DNA of 63,919 nt, filler included, from Thermoplasmatota archaeon (GTDB taxonomy: Archaea; Thermoplasmatota; E2; JACPAO01; JAHFTW01): the NCBI GenBank assembly GCA_041623215.1. It is 3 parts of 3 records of this genome, joined end to end, with 100 filler letters (N's around TTAATTAATTAA, not from the genome) between each part and the next. Parts side by side here need not be neighbours in the genome. Positions count along the whole stretch, not along the records: positions 22,948 to 45,542 come from JBFJXH010000015.1; positions 45,643 to 63,919 come from JBFJXH010000026.1; 1 more part is not named here. One strand, given 5' to 3'. Each line of letters begins with the position of its first letter. Position 1 is the stretch's first letter. Positions 38,101 to 47,049 of the stretch are shown piece after piece. The position numbers were made by a program, and so were the translations under genes. The notes under the pieces were generated by a model. The model was not told the DNA's origin, searched no databases, and saw only the letters and a program-made list of their open reading frames with translations.

Positions 38101-38672
38101 TCGAAAACCTTGGACTTGAGGACGATACCTACGGCATTTCCGTTGCTAACACGGGCGGGTGGACTTGGTACCATGCCCCGACGGTTTTCGTAGCCAGCGG
38201 CGACGCTGCGACCATTGTGTTCAATACGACGGTGCCAGAGGGCAGCGCTTTCAGCGAGCCTTCGCTGGTCGTGTCGAGCTTCGGGAACGGCAAGCAGAAG
38301 TCCGTTTACTTCGAGCTGCACGTGCCGGCATTCATGGCCATCCACGTTGACGATGTGGTCTATGAGGGCGAATCGGTGGGCGGCTGGGTGACATTGACGT
38401 TTGCCGATGGGACCCCGGCCAAGAATCACCCCGTGTCTCTCGATGCCCGCCATGTCCGATTCACAGGCATTGGCCTGCGGTCGCTGGCGTCCCTGCAAGC
38501 GGATGTTACGACCGACGACTCGGGCCGAGCCACGTTCACCTTCGACCCCAGCCCCACGGCGCCACTATTCGGCCTGCGGGGCCTGCACGAAATTACGATT
38601 CAGACATGGTACGGCGGCAGCCAATTCACGCAAGCTCACTCGTATATTGTGCGACCGGCCATCGGCTTGTAG
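35184..38672 (+). CDS. Large secreted protein with two parallel beta-helix regions, PKD and Ig-like domains
   Basis: Signal peptide. FNTIQAA..PGTY and YYTISDAL beta-helix starts, repeated GN-x-F/DN-x-F, PKD-like SREWTF..YDVRL, and VENLG.EDDTY. Confidence 0.8.
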   Translation: MALPVVSINLRNVVCVSAALVVVFSLAPGLVGSAQDPSEPASNVLLDGSFEAGSGYALQYPGAEASTDQAADGTTSINLAKSGASPQAWSALGNVRMDATHDVPFSTIQGFDLQYNVPDPIGNNRLIEFQGYFSIDMDDDGNADFHAAQELADLGGPLAQTAGWTPHLVGLSHLFNVCTADWSACQQATLEEATDLYGSGTISGLAIQTYVKGNQDAWAESPVYVDSVRLLAFQGPIVIWPAESNLCDGASFNTIQAASGCAAPGASIAVPPGTYAGTVVIAEDDITLMGTTGNPNDVVLDAGSNDHGILVDGVNGFTLRDMTVLATGGAPQGTGNGEPYGVRVSYGASHGLTIDNAVVAGGKTGVGIIGDDADGVFEGVTITDSHVTSTSTTTGGALTMDGFQDVSVTNSVLEGGYANVLMGDGGGDGVVFHDNVFTGAGTNTIYVYTMTGKAMDFRFNDWGFYDPASIAGSVQDNGNDLDTTCFADGGGGYLDCIDPNAPARVVSTLRSYYTISDALAAASAGDTIAILTGTGVQETLAIGHSSLTLCQGNAAMTACGSDPDDVIIDGSGNAPFTLEVNAPDVTIEGVTIQNSGLTGYGGGIRVNSQTGFEAHNVKLLGNLDDPNNYQNGAPQGQQFGIVLAGASTGYQIGSLNAADENEIRDWSHAGVLAGGGTIGQIQGTSFVGEMRSGILSQAQSPGSLIEGNSFQFQGIRGMNLENANGVTVRGNDFLISFIPAPQLGGGTGIYMQDGQDHVVADNTFVLQSGSAISFDWIEGSQSGDLPQGVVVQENTFDLPSGVWALFLDGASAAPSIDARFNHWGAFRNDTIHSTRISGPSANVDVGCFYAIDGADQLCPPLVNFGYQAVAQNDWPKTVFFQDQTSYPDSSMVSREWTFLHDGSTSDVAGPDKRYYEAGLYDVRLDIVDSLGYRMQETKSIAVLADQYRFSLTPNFQGLQDVSPGQNVTFAAVVENLGLEDDTYGISVANTGGWTWYHAPTVFVASGDAATIVFNTTVPEGSAFSEPSLVVSSFGNGKQKSVYFELHVPAFMAIHVDDVVYEGESVGGWVTLTFADGTPAKNHPVSLDARHVRFTGIGLRSLASLQADVTTDDSGRATFTFDPSPTAPLFGLRGLHEITIQTWYGGSQFTQAHSYIVRPAIGL

Positions 38673-38770
38673 GGCACCTCGACGCGCGGCGGACGCGGTT
38701 GCCCATTGTGGTCCTAGCCGCGCCATCATCCCGACAATGGTCAAATACCGCTTGCGCGCCGTGAATCCCC

Positions 38771-39862
38771 ATGGACACTCGCATCTTCCTGCTAGTCGCC
38801 GCCATGAGCCTTACCGCCATGTCCGGTTGCTTGGACTCCGACGGCAATGCCAAGGTGGACGACATCCAAACCGGAGCCACTGCGGCGGACTTGGACGCAT
38901 CCCCTGGCAGCGGGACCGCCCGTAGCCACAAAGAGCCCTCCGTGGACGAGACCACGCCGGAAACCGAAGTGGTAGCCACTGGCTACCGGGCCAGCAAGAC
39001 CGTGACCATCAGCAACGACTTCGGTGGCGCCCGCTTCAGTGACGGCGCCTTTGCCACCGACAACGGCGCCATAGCCATCGTCGCGGGTAGTGATGGTGGC
39101 TACGTGTTCACCGTCGAAGTTTGGGCCGACGGCCGCACGGAGGACCAAGCGCTAAGCAACCTCAACGCCCTGCAAGTCATCAACGAGGACAGCCTGCAAG
39201 GTGACACTTTGCACTTGGGCGTCCACATTGAAGATGGCAACAACCAAGGCGATGTTCTCAGCCTCCTGCTGGGCGGCTTTGGCGGCCACGGCGCCAACAT
39301 TCACGTCTTGCTCCCGCGCGCGCCGCTGCACGAAATCTCCGCCGCCACCAGCAATGGCCCCATTCACATCGATGATATCCGGGGCAGCAAGGTGCAGGCC
39401 ATGACCAGCAACGGGGCGATTCATCTCAGCGATTTGCTGGCCAAATCCGTTGAGGCACAGACCTCCAATGGTGGGATCGCCTTCGAAGGCGCTGCAGACC
39501 AGTTGGCCCTGGCGACGAGCAGTGGTAGCATCGATGCAACCGGTAACGTCGGCGATGTCGGATTGGCCACGAGCAACGGCGAAATCTCGGGTCGCTTCAC
39601 GCCGAGCCGAAGCGGCGCCATCCAAGCGGGCACCAGCAATGGGCACGTGGATTTGCGCCTCACAGCCGACGCCGACCACGCCTACGATGTCACCGCCAGC
39701 ACAAGTAACGGCCGTGTGACCATTGACCTGCCGGACGCCTCCGTGACGCAGGAGACAGATTCCATTGCCACCGCTCGGACGCTCGACTTTGATTTGCGAC
39801 CCATTCAGACGCAGGTCGAAGTGGCCACGGACAACGCCAGCATCACGATTGAAGGCCAGTAG
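38771..39862 (+). CDS. DUF4097 beta-strand repeat lipoprotein
   Basis: Lipobox MSGC and repeated TSNG/TDNG turns. Confidence 0.85.
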   Translation: MDTRIFLLVAAMSLTAMSGCLDSDGNAKVDDIQTGATAADLDASPGSGTARSHKEPSVDETTPETEVVATGYRASKTVTISNDFGGARFSDGAFATDNGAIAIVAGSDGGYVFTVEVWADGRTEDQALSNLNALQVINEDSLQGDTLHLGVHIEDGNNQGDVLSLLLGGFGGHGANIHVLLPRAPLHEISAATSNGPIHIDDIRGSKVQAMTSNGAIHLSDLLAKSVEAQTSNGGIAFEGAADQLALATSSGSIDATGNVGDVGLATSNGEISGRFTPSRSGAIQAGTSNGHVDLRLTADADHAYDVTASTSNGRVTIDLPDASVTQETDSIATARTLDFDLRPIQTQVEVATDNASITIEGQ

Positions 39863-39864
39863 GC

Positions 39865-40431
39865 CTACGGCAGGCCGCAGACGCGGTACCACGGTGCAAC
39901 GCCGTAGCGAAACGCCGCAAAGCTATCGGTTGCTAAGTCGCCGTCTGCGTTACGGGCAAAGGACCATTCAATCCGTACGGAGGTGGGCGCTGGCTCGTCG
40001 CTTGCCGGAACTAGGTCCACGAAGACATCGAATGCGCCGTGGTCGCCTGATTCAATGGCCAACACAGGCACGACATCCCTCCCGGCCGGCTGGCGGAAGT
40101 CCCGCAGTGGCAGTTGGCTGTGGTCATCCCCCCGGAACGCTCGTGCTTCAAGGCGACCGTCAATCACCGTAGCATTGTCGAAAGCCAAGACAAAGCGGTC
40201 CAACGGGTGTCCATTGCGCTCGGTGGCCACCGATTCGCCGATGCGGTCAGTTTGCGTCGTCCGGTTGCTTCGTGGGTCAAAGACACTGGTGACGCCGCCG
40301 GCTCGCTGACCCGTGGTCCATGCTGGGCAGGTGCCAAAGTAGCGGTCGGCGTCGTCGTCGCCTTGGTCGGGGGCCGTGCAGCCAGCAAGGCCGATGAGGA
40401 GGAGGCTAGCAGCCACCACAAGCACGCGCAT
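39865..40431 (-). CDS. Uncharacterised lipoprotein
   Basis: LAGC lipobox. One Cys near each end of the mature domain. Confidence 0.7.
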   Translation of the reverse strand: MRVLVVAASLLLIGLAGCTAPDQGDDDADRYFGTCPAWTTGQRAGGVTSVFDPRSNRTTQTDRIGESVATERNGHPLDRFVLAFDNATVIDGRLEARAFRGDDHSQLPLRDFRQPAGRDVVPVLAIESGDHGAFDVFVDLVPASDEPAPTSVRIEWSFARNADGDLATDSFAAFRYGVAPWYRVCGLP

Positions 40432-40454
40432 AGCTGCCGACCTGCCCCTGCGCC

Positions 40455-41066
40455 TTAAACGGCGTCGGCCGACGGAACCACCGTCACGGTGCCTGTCACC
40501 GCGAATGGCTGGCGGGTGGTAGCGTACACGTAGGCCTGGTCGACCGGCTTGGAAAATTCGGGATTGTACACAAACGCGTGCAGCACTTGCCCCTCACCTA
40601 GCGGCTCGTTGGCATTGAGCACGTCAATCGTGAGCGGGCTCTTTCCTTCGACGATGCCGAACAGTGTATTGTTGGACTCCCCGTCGGTGGCCATGACCAT
40701 GAAGCCAAAGGCCAAGGTCTCCGTCGCCGGAGTCTCGGGCGTCCACTCCAGGACCAGGGCGGCATGATCCAGGCGGTGACCAGGGAACGCTTGCATCCAG
40801 TCGACCATCACGGCGCCACTGGCGTGGGCGACGCAATCGTTCGTGGCGTAGGACTCGCACAGCACCACACGGTCGCTCAAGTCCCCTTGCCAGGAGGCAT
40901 CCACGGTGACAGGCGCAGGCGGTTTGGGAGGCGGCACGGCGGTTGCTTCAGCATCCGCGACGGCCTCGGCGTCACTGGCCTCCACGTCGTTGGCGGGCGA
41001 TTCCTCGGAGGCCAGGCAACCGGCCAGCACTAGCAAGACAGAAACCGGAAGGGCCCAAGCGCGCAT
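40455..41066 (-). CDS. Uncharacterised lipoprotein
   Basis: MRAWALPVSVLLVLAGC, an acidic/Pro linker, then a beta-rich domain. Confidence 0.75.
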   Translation of the reverse strand: MRAWALPVSVLLVLAGCLASEESPANDVEASDAEAVADAEATAVPPPKPPAPVTVDASWQGDLSDRVVLCESYATNDCVAHASGAVMVDWMQAFPGHRLDHAALVLEWTPETPATETLAFGFMVMATDGESNNTLFGIVEGKSPLTIDVLNANEPLGEGQVLHAFVYNPEFSKPVDQAYVYATTRQPFAVTGTVTVVPSADAV

Positions 41067-41168
41067 ATCTGTGCACCGCCCAGGCCGGCCTAAAGGTCGA
41101 TGGTCGATTTCTGCAAGGGACATGGCCCCGGCACGCCTTTTTGCCAACCCCGAGTGCCGCCGCCTACC

Positions 41169-42320
41169 ATGATGGACCGCAAGGCCATGCAAGACGCCGT
41201 CGAAGCCTACGACGCCAGCAAGCTCAAGCTCGCCTGCGTGGCCAGCCACTCAGGTCTGGATGTCTATGACGGCGCCACCGACGAAGGGATGCCCAACATC
41301 GCCATCGCCCAAGAGGGTCGCCACGAGGTCTACTCCCGCTACTTCAAGAAAAACGCCGCCGGCACACGGGGGGCCGTGGACGATTGCTGGGTGTACCCGA
41401 AGTACAACGGCATCATGGCCGAAGACCAGCAAGCGCGGCTCAAGCAAGAGAACGCCGTCTGGGTCCCCAACCGCGCCTGGACATCCTACTGCAGCATCGA
41501 CGCCTGCGAGGACGACTTCGCGGTGCCCATGATTGGGTCACGCAACCTGCTTCGTTCCGAGGAACGCGAAGAACAGCAGGACTACTACTGGCTCTTGGAG
41601 AAGGCGGGCATGCCTTTCCCCAACAAGATTGACCACTACAACGACATCGACCAGTTGTCGATTGTCAAGCTGCACCACTCCCAGAAGCCCCTGGAACGCG
41701 GCTTCTTCACCTGCGCTAGCACCGAGGAGTTTCACGAAAAGGCGCAGAAATTGATCAAGGCCGGCGTCATTGACGAACCCGCCCTGGAAACGGCCCGCAT
41801 CGAGGAATACATCATTGGTCCCGTCTTCAACTTCAACTTCTTTTACAGCCCGGTCAACAAAGCCAATGGCGACGAACCGCTAGAATTGCTGGGCATTGAC
41901 TGGCGCTTCGAGAGCAGCTTGGACGGCCACGTGCGCATCCCGGCGCCCCAGCAAATGACGCTGCCCGACCACCAGATGATTCCCGAGATGACTGTCGTAG
42001 GCCACAACACCGCCACCGTCCGAGAATCTCTCCTTGGCAAGGTGTTCAAGCTCGGCGAACAGTGGGTGAAAGCCGCCGAGGAACACTACGCGCCCGGCAT
42101 CATCGGCCCCTTCTGCCTGCAAACCTGCGTGGACAAAGACATGAACTTCTTCATCTACGACGTAGCCCCCCGTATCGGCGGCGGCACCAACGTCCACGTC
42201 GGCATGGGCCACCCCTACGGTAACGCCCTGTGGCGAACCCAGATGAGTACGGGCCGCCGCGTCGCCCGCGAGGTAAAGATGGCAGGCGAGCAAGGGTTGC
42301 TTCGCGAGATTGTGACCTAA
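41169..42320 (+). CDS. purP: Formate--AICAR ligase (FAICAR synthase) family ATP-grasp protein
   Basis: SHSGLD, VPNR, LRSEER, ERGFF, GH....RESLL, GIIGPFCLQ and RIGGGTN. Confidence 0.92.
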   Translation: MMDRKAMQDAVEAYDASKLKLACVASHSGLDVYDGATDEGMPNIAIAQEGRHEVYSRYFKKNAAGTRGAVDDCWVYPKYNGIMAEDQQARLKQENAVWVPNRAWTSYCSIDACEDDFAVPMIGSRNLLRSEEREEQQDYYWLLEKAGMPFPNKIDHYNDIDQLSIVKLHHSQKPLERGFFTCASTEEFHEKAQKLIKAGVIDEPALETARIEEYIIGPVFNFNFFYSPVNKANGDEPLELLGIDWRFESSLDGHVRIPAPQQMTLPDHQMIPEMTVVGHNTATVRESLLGKVFKLGEQWVKAAEEHYAPGIIGPFCLQTCVDKDMNFFIYDVAPRIGGGTNVHVGMGHPYGNALWRTQMSTGRRVAREVKMAGEQGLLREIVT

Positions 42321-42547
42321 TGCCGGAACTCGTCGGTAAGGTGAAAGGCACCGGTGCCAAAGCCATCGCGGACATTCAGAGCGGCCAGGTCGTCTTCCGG
42401 GGCGCCCTGAAGAGGACGGTACCCGCCACTGAACTCGCGGCCGAAGTGCGAGGCAACCTGTTGCTCATTCTGTACGGTGACATGGCCCTTGAGTTCAATG
42501 CCGGAGCGAAGGCTGCCGCATTAGCCAAGAAAATCAATCTGGGTTGA
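42320..42547 (+). CDS. 75-aa hypothetical protein
   Basis: TAATG overlap with purP and globular-looking composition. Confidence 0.6.
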   Translation: MPELVGKVKGTGAKAIADIQSGQVVFRGALKRTVPATELAAEVRGNLLLILYGDMALEFNAGAKAAALAKKINLG

Positions 42548-42606
42548 GCCCCCCGCGTTGTTGACCGGCAAGGGGATGGCGCCATGCGCGTACCGCCGTA
42601 GCGCGC

Positions 42607-43128
42607 CTACCTACAGTGCCAGTACCACGGAGGGTCTGCGTAGATGACTTCGCGGACGCTGCTCTTGCCGGTCTGCTCGTAGAGGGTTGGCTCGTACGCT
42701 TTGCCATACACGGCGGCCTCTGCTTCAACTAGGATGCACCCCTCGTCCGGCAGCGTTGCATTTACCTGGAGATTCAAGGAGCGAGAGTTGCTGCACCCGA
42801 CACCCAGGGTCCAAGTGCACGAAGATGAATCGACCAGGTATACGGAATCACAGCGGGACCACGAACACCACATGCTGGCGCTAAACTCAGAGTCCAATTG
42901 GCCACTCATGAGCGGATGGCTCGACCCGTGCGTGGTGGCATTGCCCCGCAAGTTACACTGTAAGAATTGGCCCTGCTCGTTGCATGTGAATTCGAAGTCC
43001 GACAATACCACTTGCACGCAGTGGCCTACTGCCACTGTGCACAGCTTCTTGTCTTCGCTCTCGAGGCCCACCGTCGGCTGGGCCGATACCAGTAGCACGA
43101 CAACTAGGATTCCTACACCACGCATCAT
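42607..43128 (-). CDS. Secreted Cys-rich hypothetical protein
   Basis: Signal peptide MMRGVGILVVVLLVSA, with 10 Cys in the mature region. Confidence 0.6.
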   Translation of the reverse strand: MMRGVGILVVVLLVSAQPTVGLESEDKKLCTVAVGHCVQVVLSDFEFTCNEQGQFLQCNLRGNATTHGSSHPLMSGQLDSEFSASMWCSWSRCDSVYLVDSSSCTWTLGVGCSNSRSLNLQVNATLPDEGCILVEAEAAVYGKAYEPTLYEQTGKSSVREVIYADPPWYWHCR

Positions 43129-43318
43129 GGCGACAACATGGCGCTCATGGCACTTAGCTGGAGGCGGCGATGATGTCGAAATCATGCGTGCACCGGCCCC
43201 AGGATGGTCTGTTCTGCCTCTGCGCCTACGATTCGGCACTAACCGCCGGGCCTTGGCGGGATAGGGCTTGGCGTCTCCCGTCGCAACGCTTTTGCCAAGC
43301 CCCTCTAGCGCGACCTCC

Positions 43319-44821
43319 ATGCGTGCCTTGTTCACCGCCGCCGCCCTGGCCTTGGTTGCCTTGTCCGGCTGCCTTAGCACCGAGCCAACGGAAACCGCCA
43401 CACCCGGCGAGGAAACCGCAGCAAGCCAAGGCTTGTTTGCCTACTACAACCTGCCCGCCGAGTTCGGCGAACCAACCCCTGTGAGCCCCCGCGAACTGCA
43501 AGGCGGCAACCGCATCGGCTTGTACGAGCCAACCATTGACGTGGGCCCAGAAGGGAACATCTACGTCAGCTCCCACTCGGCCGACGTCGGTGTGTACCCG
43601 TCCCCCGCCTACTTCAGCGTCGACGACGGGCAAACCTGGGCCTCCATGGCGCTGTTCATGGACCAGCAAGGCGACCCCGATGAACACATGTCGGCGCCGC
43701 TGTTCTCGGACGAAGTATTCATCATCGCAGGGGAAGAAGGCGAAGCGTGGGGCGCCGATTGTTGCACCAACGACAACGCATTCCCCCTGGTCGGCTGGTG
43801 CGCCGACGGCGCCGAAGTTTGCTGGTACAACCAAAACGCGCACGACGAATCACGCATCCCGGTGGACGCTGCTTTGAGCGGTGGCGACTGCGTGCCAGCA
43901 CCCACCACCGATCGGCCGTGGATTGCCTACAACAACGGCAAATTGCTCATGGTTAACAACCCGGGCTTTGCGCCTCGGTCTCCCAATGGCCAGATTCCGC
44001 TACAAGTCGGCGTCGTGGACGTTCCACCGCTAGTCCCCGTTGCCTACACCGGCGCGGCCTGGCAAACGCAGTGGAACTTCTGTGGCAGCACGGGCGGCTT
44101 CATTCCGGGCATCCCCGACATGCGCCCCGACCACTTCTTTGCCGCTCCCCAATGGATTGACTTCCGCAACGACGGGTGCCCGGCCGTAAGCCATTATGAT
44201 GTCATCACTGGCAACGCCAACGACATCTACAATCTGCAGCAAACAACGGTGTTCGAAAACAGCCACGTGGCACCGGCAGAATCCGATTCTACGCCCAGCA
44301 CCATTGGCCGCTACGGTCAAGCCGTGTTCGATGCAACGGGCGGCCTATTTGTGGGCGCCATGAACAACTCTGCCATCATGATTGACGGGGACTGCACGGC
44401 CCACCCGACCGACGGCGGCATTCACTTAGCGTACAGCAACGACGACGCACAGACCTTCACCGAAACCACATTCCGCTTCGACCGACCGGTGAGCTCCATC
44501 TACATGGATGGCAACCGCCACGGCGAAGGCTTCCTCCTCAACTGGGGAGAAATCGACGACAACCGGACCGACTGGTTCCTGGCTCACGTGTTCGCCAACG
44601 CCGATGGAACGCTACGTATGGAGAACAAGATGCTCGCCGTTGACAACGGCCCCGAAGCATCCCGCCACGTCCAAGGCGCCGCCCTCGGACCCGATGGTCG
44701 AGCCTACATGGTGTACTCGGACAACTCGCAAAACCCCGGCGCATCTGACCGAGCGGAAGTTGGCGACACCCCCCTATGGGTGGCCGTGCAGGTCGACGGG
44801 GCGCGGATGCCGGTCGAGTAG
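43319..44821 (+). CDS. BNR/Asp-box beta-propeller lipoprotein
   Basis: LSGC, EPTIDVGPEG, SVDDGQTW, SNDDAQTF and DRPW. Many Cys residues. Confidence 0.75.
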   Translation: MRALFTAAALALVALSGCLSTEPTETATPGEETAASQGLFAYYNLPAEFGEPTPVSPRELQGGNRIGLYEPTIDVGPEGNIYVSSHSADVGVYPSPAYFSVDDGQTWASMALFMDQQGDPDEHMSAPLFSDEVFIIAGEEGEAWGADCCTNDNAFPLVGWCADGAEVCWYNQNAHDESRIPVDAALSGGDCVPAPTTDRPWIAYNNGKLLMVNNPGFAPRSPNGQIPLQVGVVDVPPLVPVAYTGAAWQTQWNFCGSTGGFIPGIPDMRPDHFFAAPQWIDFRNDGCPAVSHYDVITGNANDIYNLQQTTVFENSHVAPAESDSTPSTIGRYGQAVFDATGGLFVGAMNNSAIMIDGDCTAHPTDGGIHLAYSNDDAQTFTETTFRFDRPVSSIYMDGNRHGEGFLLNWGEIDDNRTDWFLAHVFANADGTLRMENKMLAVDNGPEASRHVQGAALGPDGRAYMVYSDNSQNPGASDRAEVGDTPLWVAVQVDGARMPVE

Positions 44822-44952
44822 CGACTTCGACCGCTCGTGCGCAATCCACCCGCGGGGAGTGGCACCAGAGACCAACAGCCAACGCCACAAGGGGGACTCA
44901 GCGACGTGCCAGGGTGTGCCCGGCGCCCGCTATGGACATGTTCATCCAGGGC

Positions 44953-45542
44953 CTAAGGTCGCAACGGTACACGCCGGTCACCAAAGTAGCGCGGTAGACG
45001 TGCCTCCGGTGTGGACCGTCGATGATTGGCCGGATCGTCTTCAACGATGGCGAGCGCCACGGCCAGGTCATTGCTTGTGTCAATGTCTAAGGCCCCTCCA
45101 ATATCCATTGCTTCCCAGCGAACCGTACCAGAGCTAATCAAGTGACTCACAAACCTTGCAAACCCGGAGCCCGTCTCCTGGCGAAATGACGCCGCAAGCT
45201 CAGGCTGGAATGGCAGACTCATGATTCCGGGAGCAAACCACTCTAAGTCGTCTGGATGCTCCGCTTCGACCATCTCCACCAATACGCCATGGTCAACCCG
45301 AACGGCCAGTGGTTCGTCAACCAATCGCAACCTTGTCAGCGCCATCAAGTAGCCACTCATATGGATAGCTCGCTCGGCAAACGCTTTGAGCGCCCCGTGG
45401 CGGGCTACAAAATCTCCAACAACGGAAACGATTGTTTCTCCCGCGGGAATTGTGTCGCCCAGACTGCTGTACGTTTCGAGCAGTGTTTCGCAATCCCGCT
45501 CGACTACTCGGACCACTGGATTGCCCCACGGAATAGCGGCCC
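44953..45542 (-). CDS. Nucleotidyltransferase-like protein, C-terminal part (5'-truncated)
   Basis: Frame is open to the gap. VVGD and C-terminal DIDT..DL are typical of the NTP-transferase fold. Confidence 0.5.
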
Positions 45543-45642
45543 NNNNNNNNNNNNNNNNNNNNNNNNNNNNNNNNNNNNNNNNNNNNTTAATTAATTAANN
45601 NNNNNNNNNNNNNNNNNNNNNNNNNNNNNNNNNNNNNNNNNN
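45543..45642. other. Artificial contig linker
   Basis: N-run, TTAATTAATTAA, N-run. Confidence 0.98.
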
Positions 45643-47008
45643 CGTCAGCGCAGCCATGTTAACCGGAATCGTCGGGGGCGTCCTGTACGTTAGTCAACAG
45701 ACGGGCAAGGATGACGGCGACGTGGCCTCAGCGAACACGGGCTTAGACGCCGAGGGTATTGCCGAAGCGCTTGTGGCTAGCCCGGGCGTTGGTTGGGACG
45801 TCGGCGCCGACTCTGTGACTCGTTTTGGACTACGCAATGCTAGCACGGACGGTTTGGAGGTCGCGCACCTGGACCGCCTGCGCGGTGCCGGCCTGGCGGC
45901 ATCAACCAACGGCCTGCTTGACTACGAGGAGGCACGCAGTGCCCTCGGACTCACGGGCGATTTAGGCACCCAATTCCACATCAGTATCCACCCCGTCGCC
46001 TTGCAAGACAACCTCGACAAAGTGTTGGCTGACGTCAAGACCGCCTACATCGGCGACTGGACCGATTTGCCCGACGTGACCGTGACCTTTGGCACGGACG
46101 CGGCCATGAAGTCGGCCGCTCAAGCAGCCCTCAACGCGACTATGGATGTCACCACGGGTGATGAGCGCTCCGTGGTCCGAGATATCGGCCTCGACTTCCA
46201 GGACACCATCTACATTGACGGGGAACCGTTCGTGGACGTGGACATGTTTCCGCTACCCAACCAACCACTGCTGGGCCTGCTCAACACCACTGAAATCGAG
46301 GGCGACGTCTACCCGGACCACAAAGCCTACCTCGACGTGGTCCTGGCACCACGACTAGCAACGGCTGGCTATGATCAACTCATTGTTGGCAGTACGGTGG
46401 ACCATGAATCACTGACCAGCGCCGTCACCAAGAACGCGATTCGCGACTTTGTCCTCAACGGCGGCACCCTCCTCGTGATGGGCAGCGAATCCCAAAACTT
46501 CCAGTGGCTGCAACCGCTGTTCCAGGTGGGCACGGACACCGTCAACGGCGGGGCTTTTGCCCCTGACCTCGGCCACCCTGTTCTCTGGGTGCCCAACGAA
46601 TTAGGCTGGCAAGCGTACGATAACTTTGGCCTGGCATGGGATATCAAGAGCCAAGGGGCAAACTCGCACTACGACGACTTTGAACATGTCGTGCAGGACG
46701 ATGGCGACGATGTTCTGGCTGTGTCCGCCGACGGCGCCTTTGGTTCGGGCCGCATCTTCCTAACAACCTACCGCCCCGAGGATATCTTTAGCAACAGTGG
46801 CATCGATGAAGCGGGTGCCTTCCTGGAGAACCTCATTCTGTACGCCGACCGGAGCCACCTGCACCTGGAGTATGGCCCGGCAATCCCCACCGGCACGGCC
46901 ATTGCCTCCGCCGTCCGGTACTCAAGTATCGATGATCCGGACTTGGGGCGCATCACGGTAAGCTTGCAAGTTCGCGCCTGGGACGGGGTTGCCTTCCAGA
47001 GCGTTTGA
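45643..47008 (+). CDS. Membrane-anchored protein, possibly pilin-associated, with GATase-like inserted domain (probably 5'-truncated)
   Basis: Frame is open from the gap with a hydrophobic N-terminus. AEALVASPGVGW..FGL, and YDQLIVG..IRDFVLNGGTLLVMG..GSGRIFLT. Confidence 0.6.
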
Positions 47009-47049
47009 CCAACGGCGGCAATCTAAAGGCGGTACTTCATGGCCGACTT

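Noticed and set aside
43129..43318. C/D-box sRNA or tRNA in the intergenic gap (also 44822-44952)
   Set aside because: Only a partial TGATG is present, with no CTGA D-box and no cloverleaf or T-loop signature.
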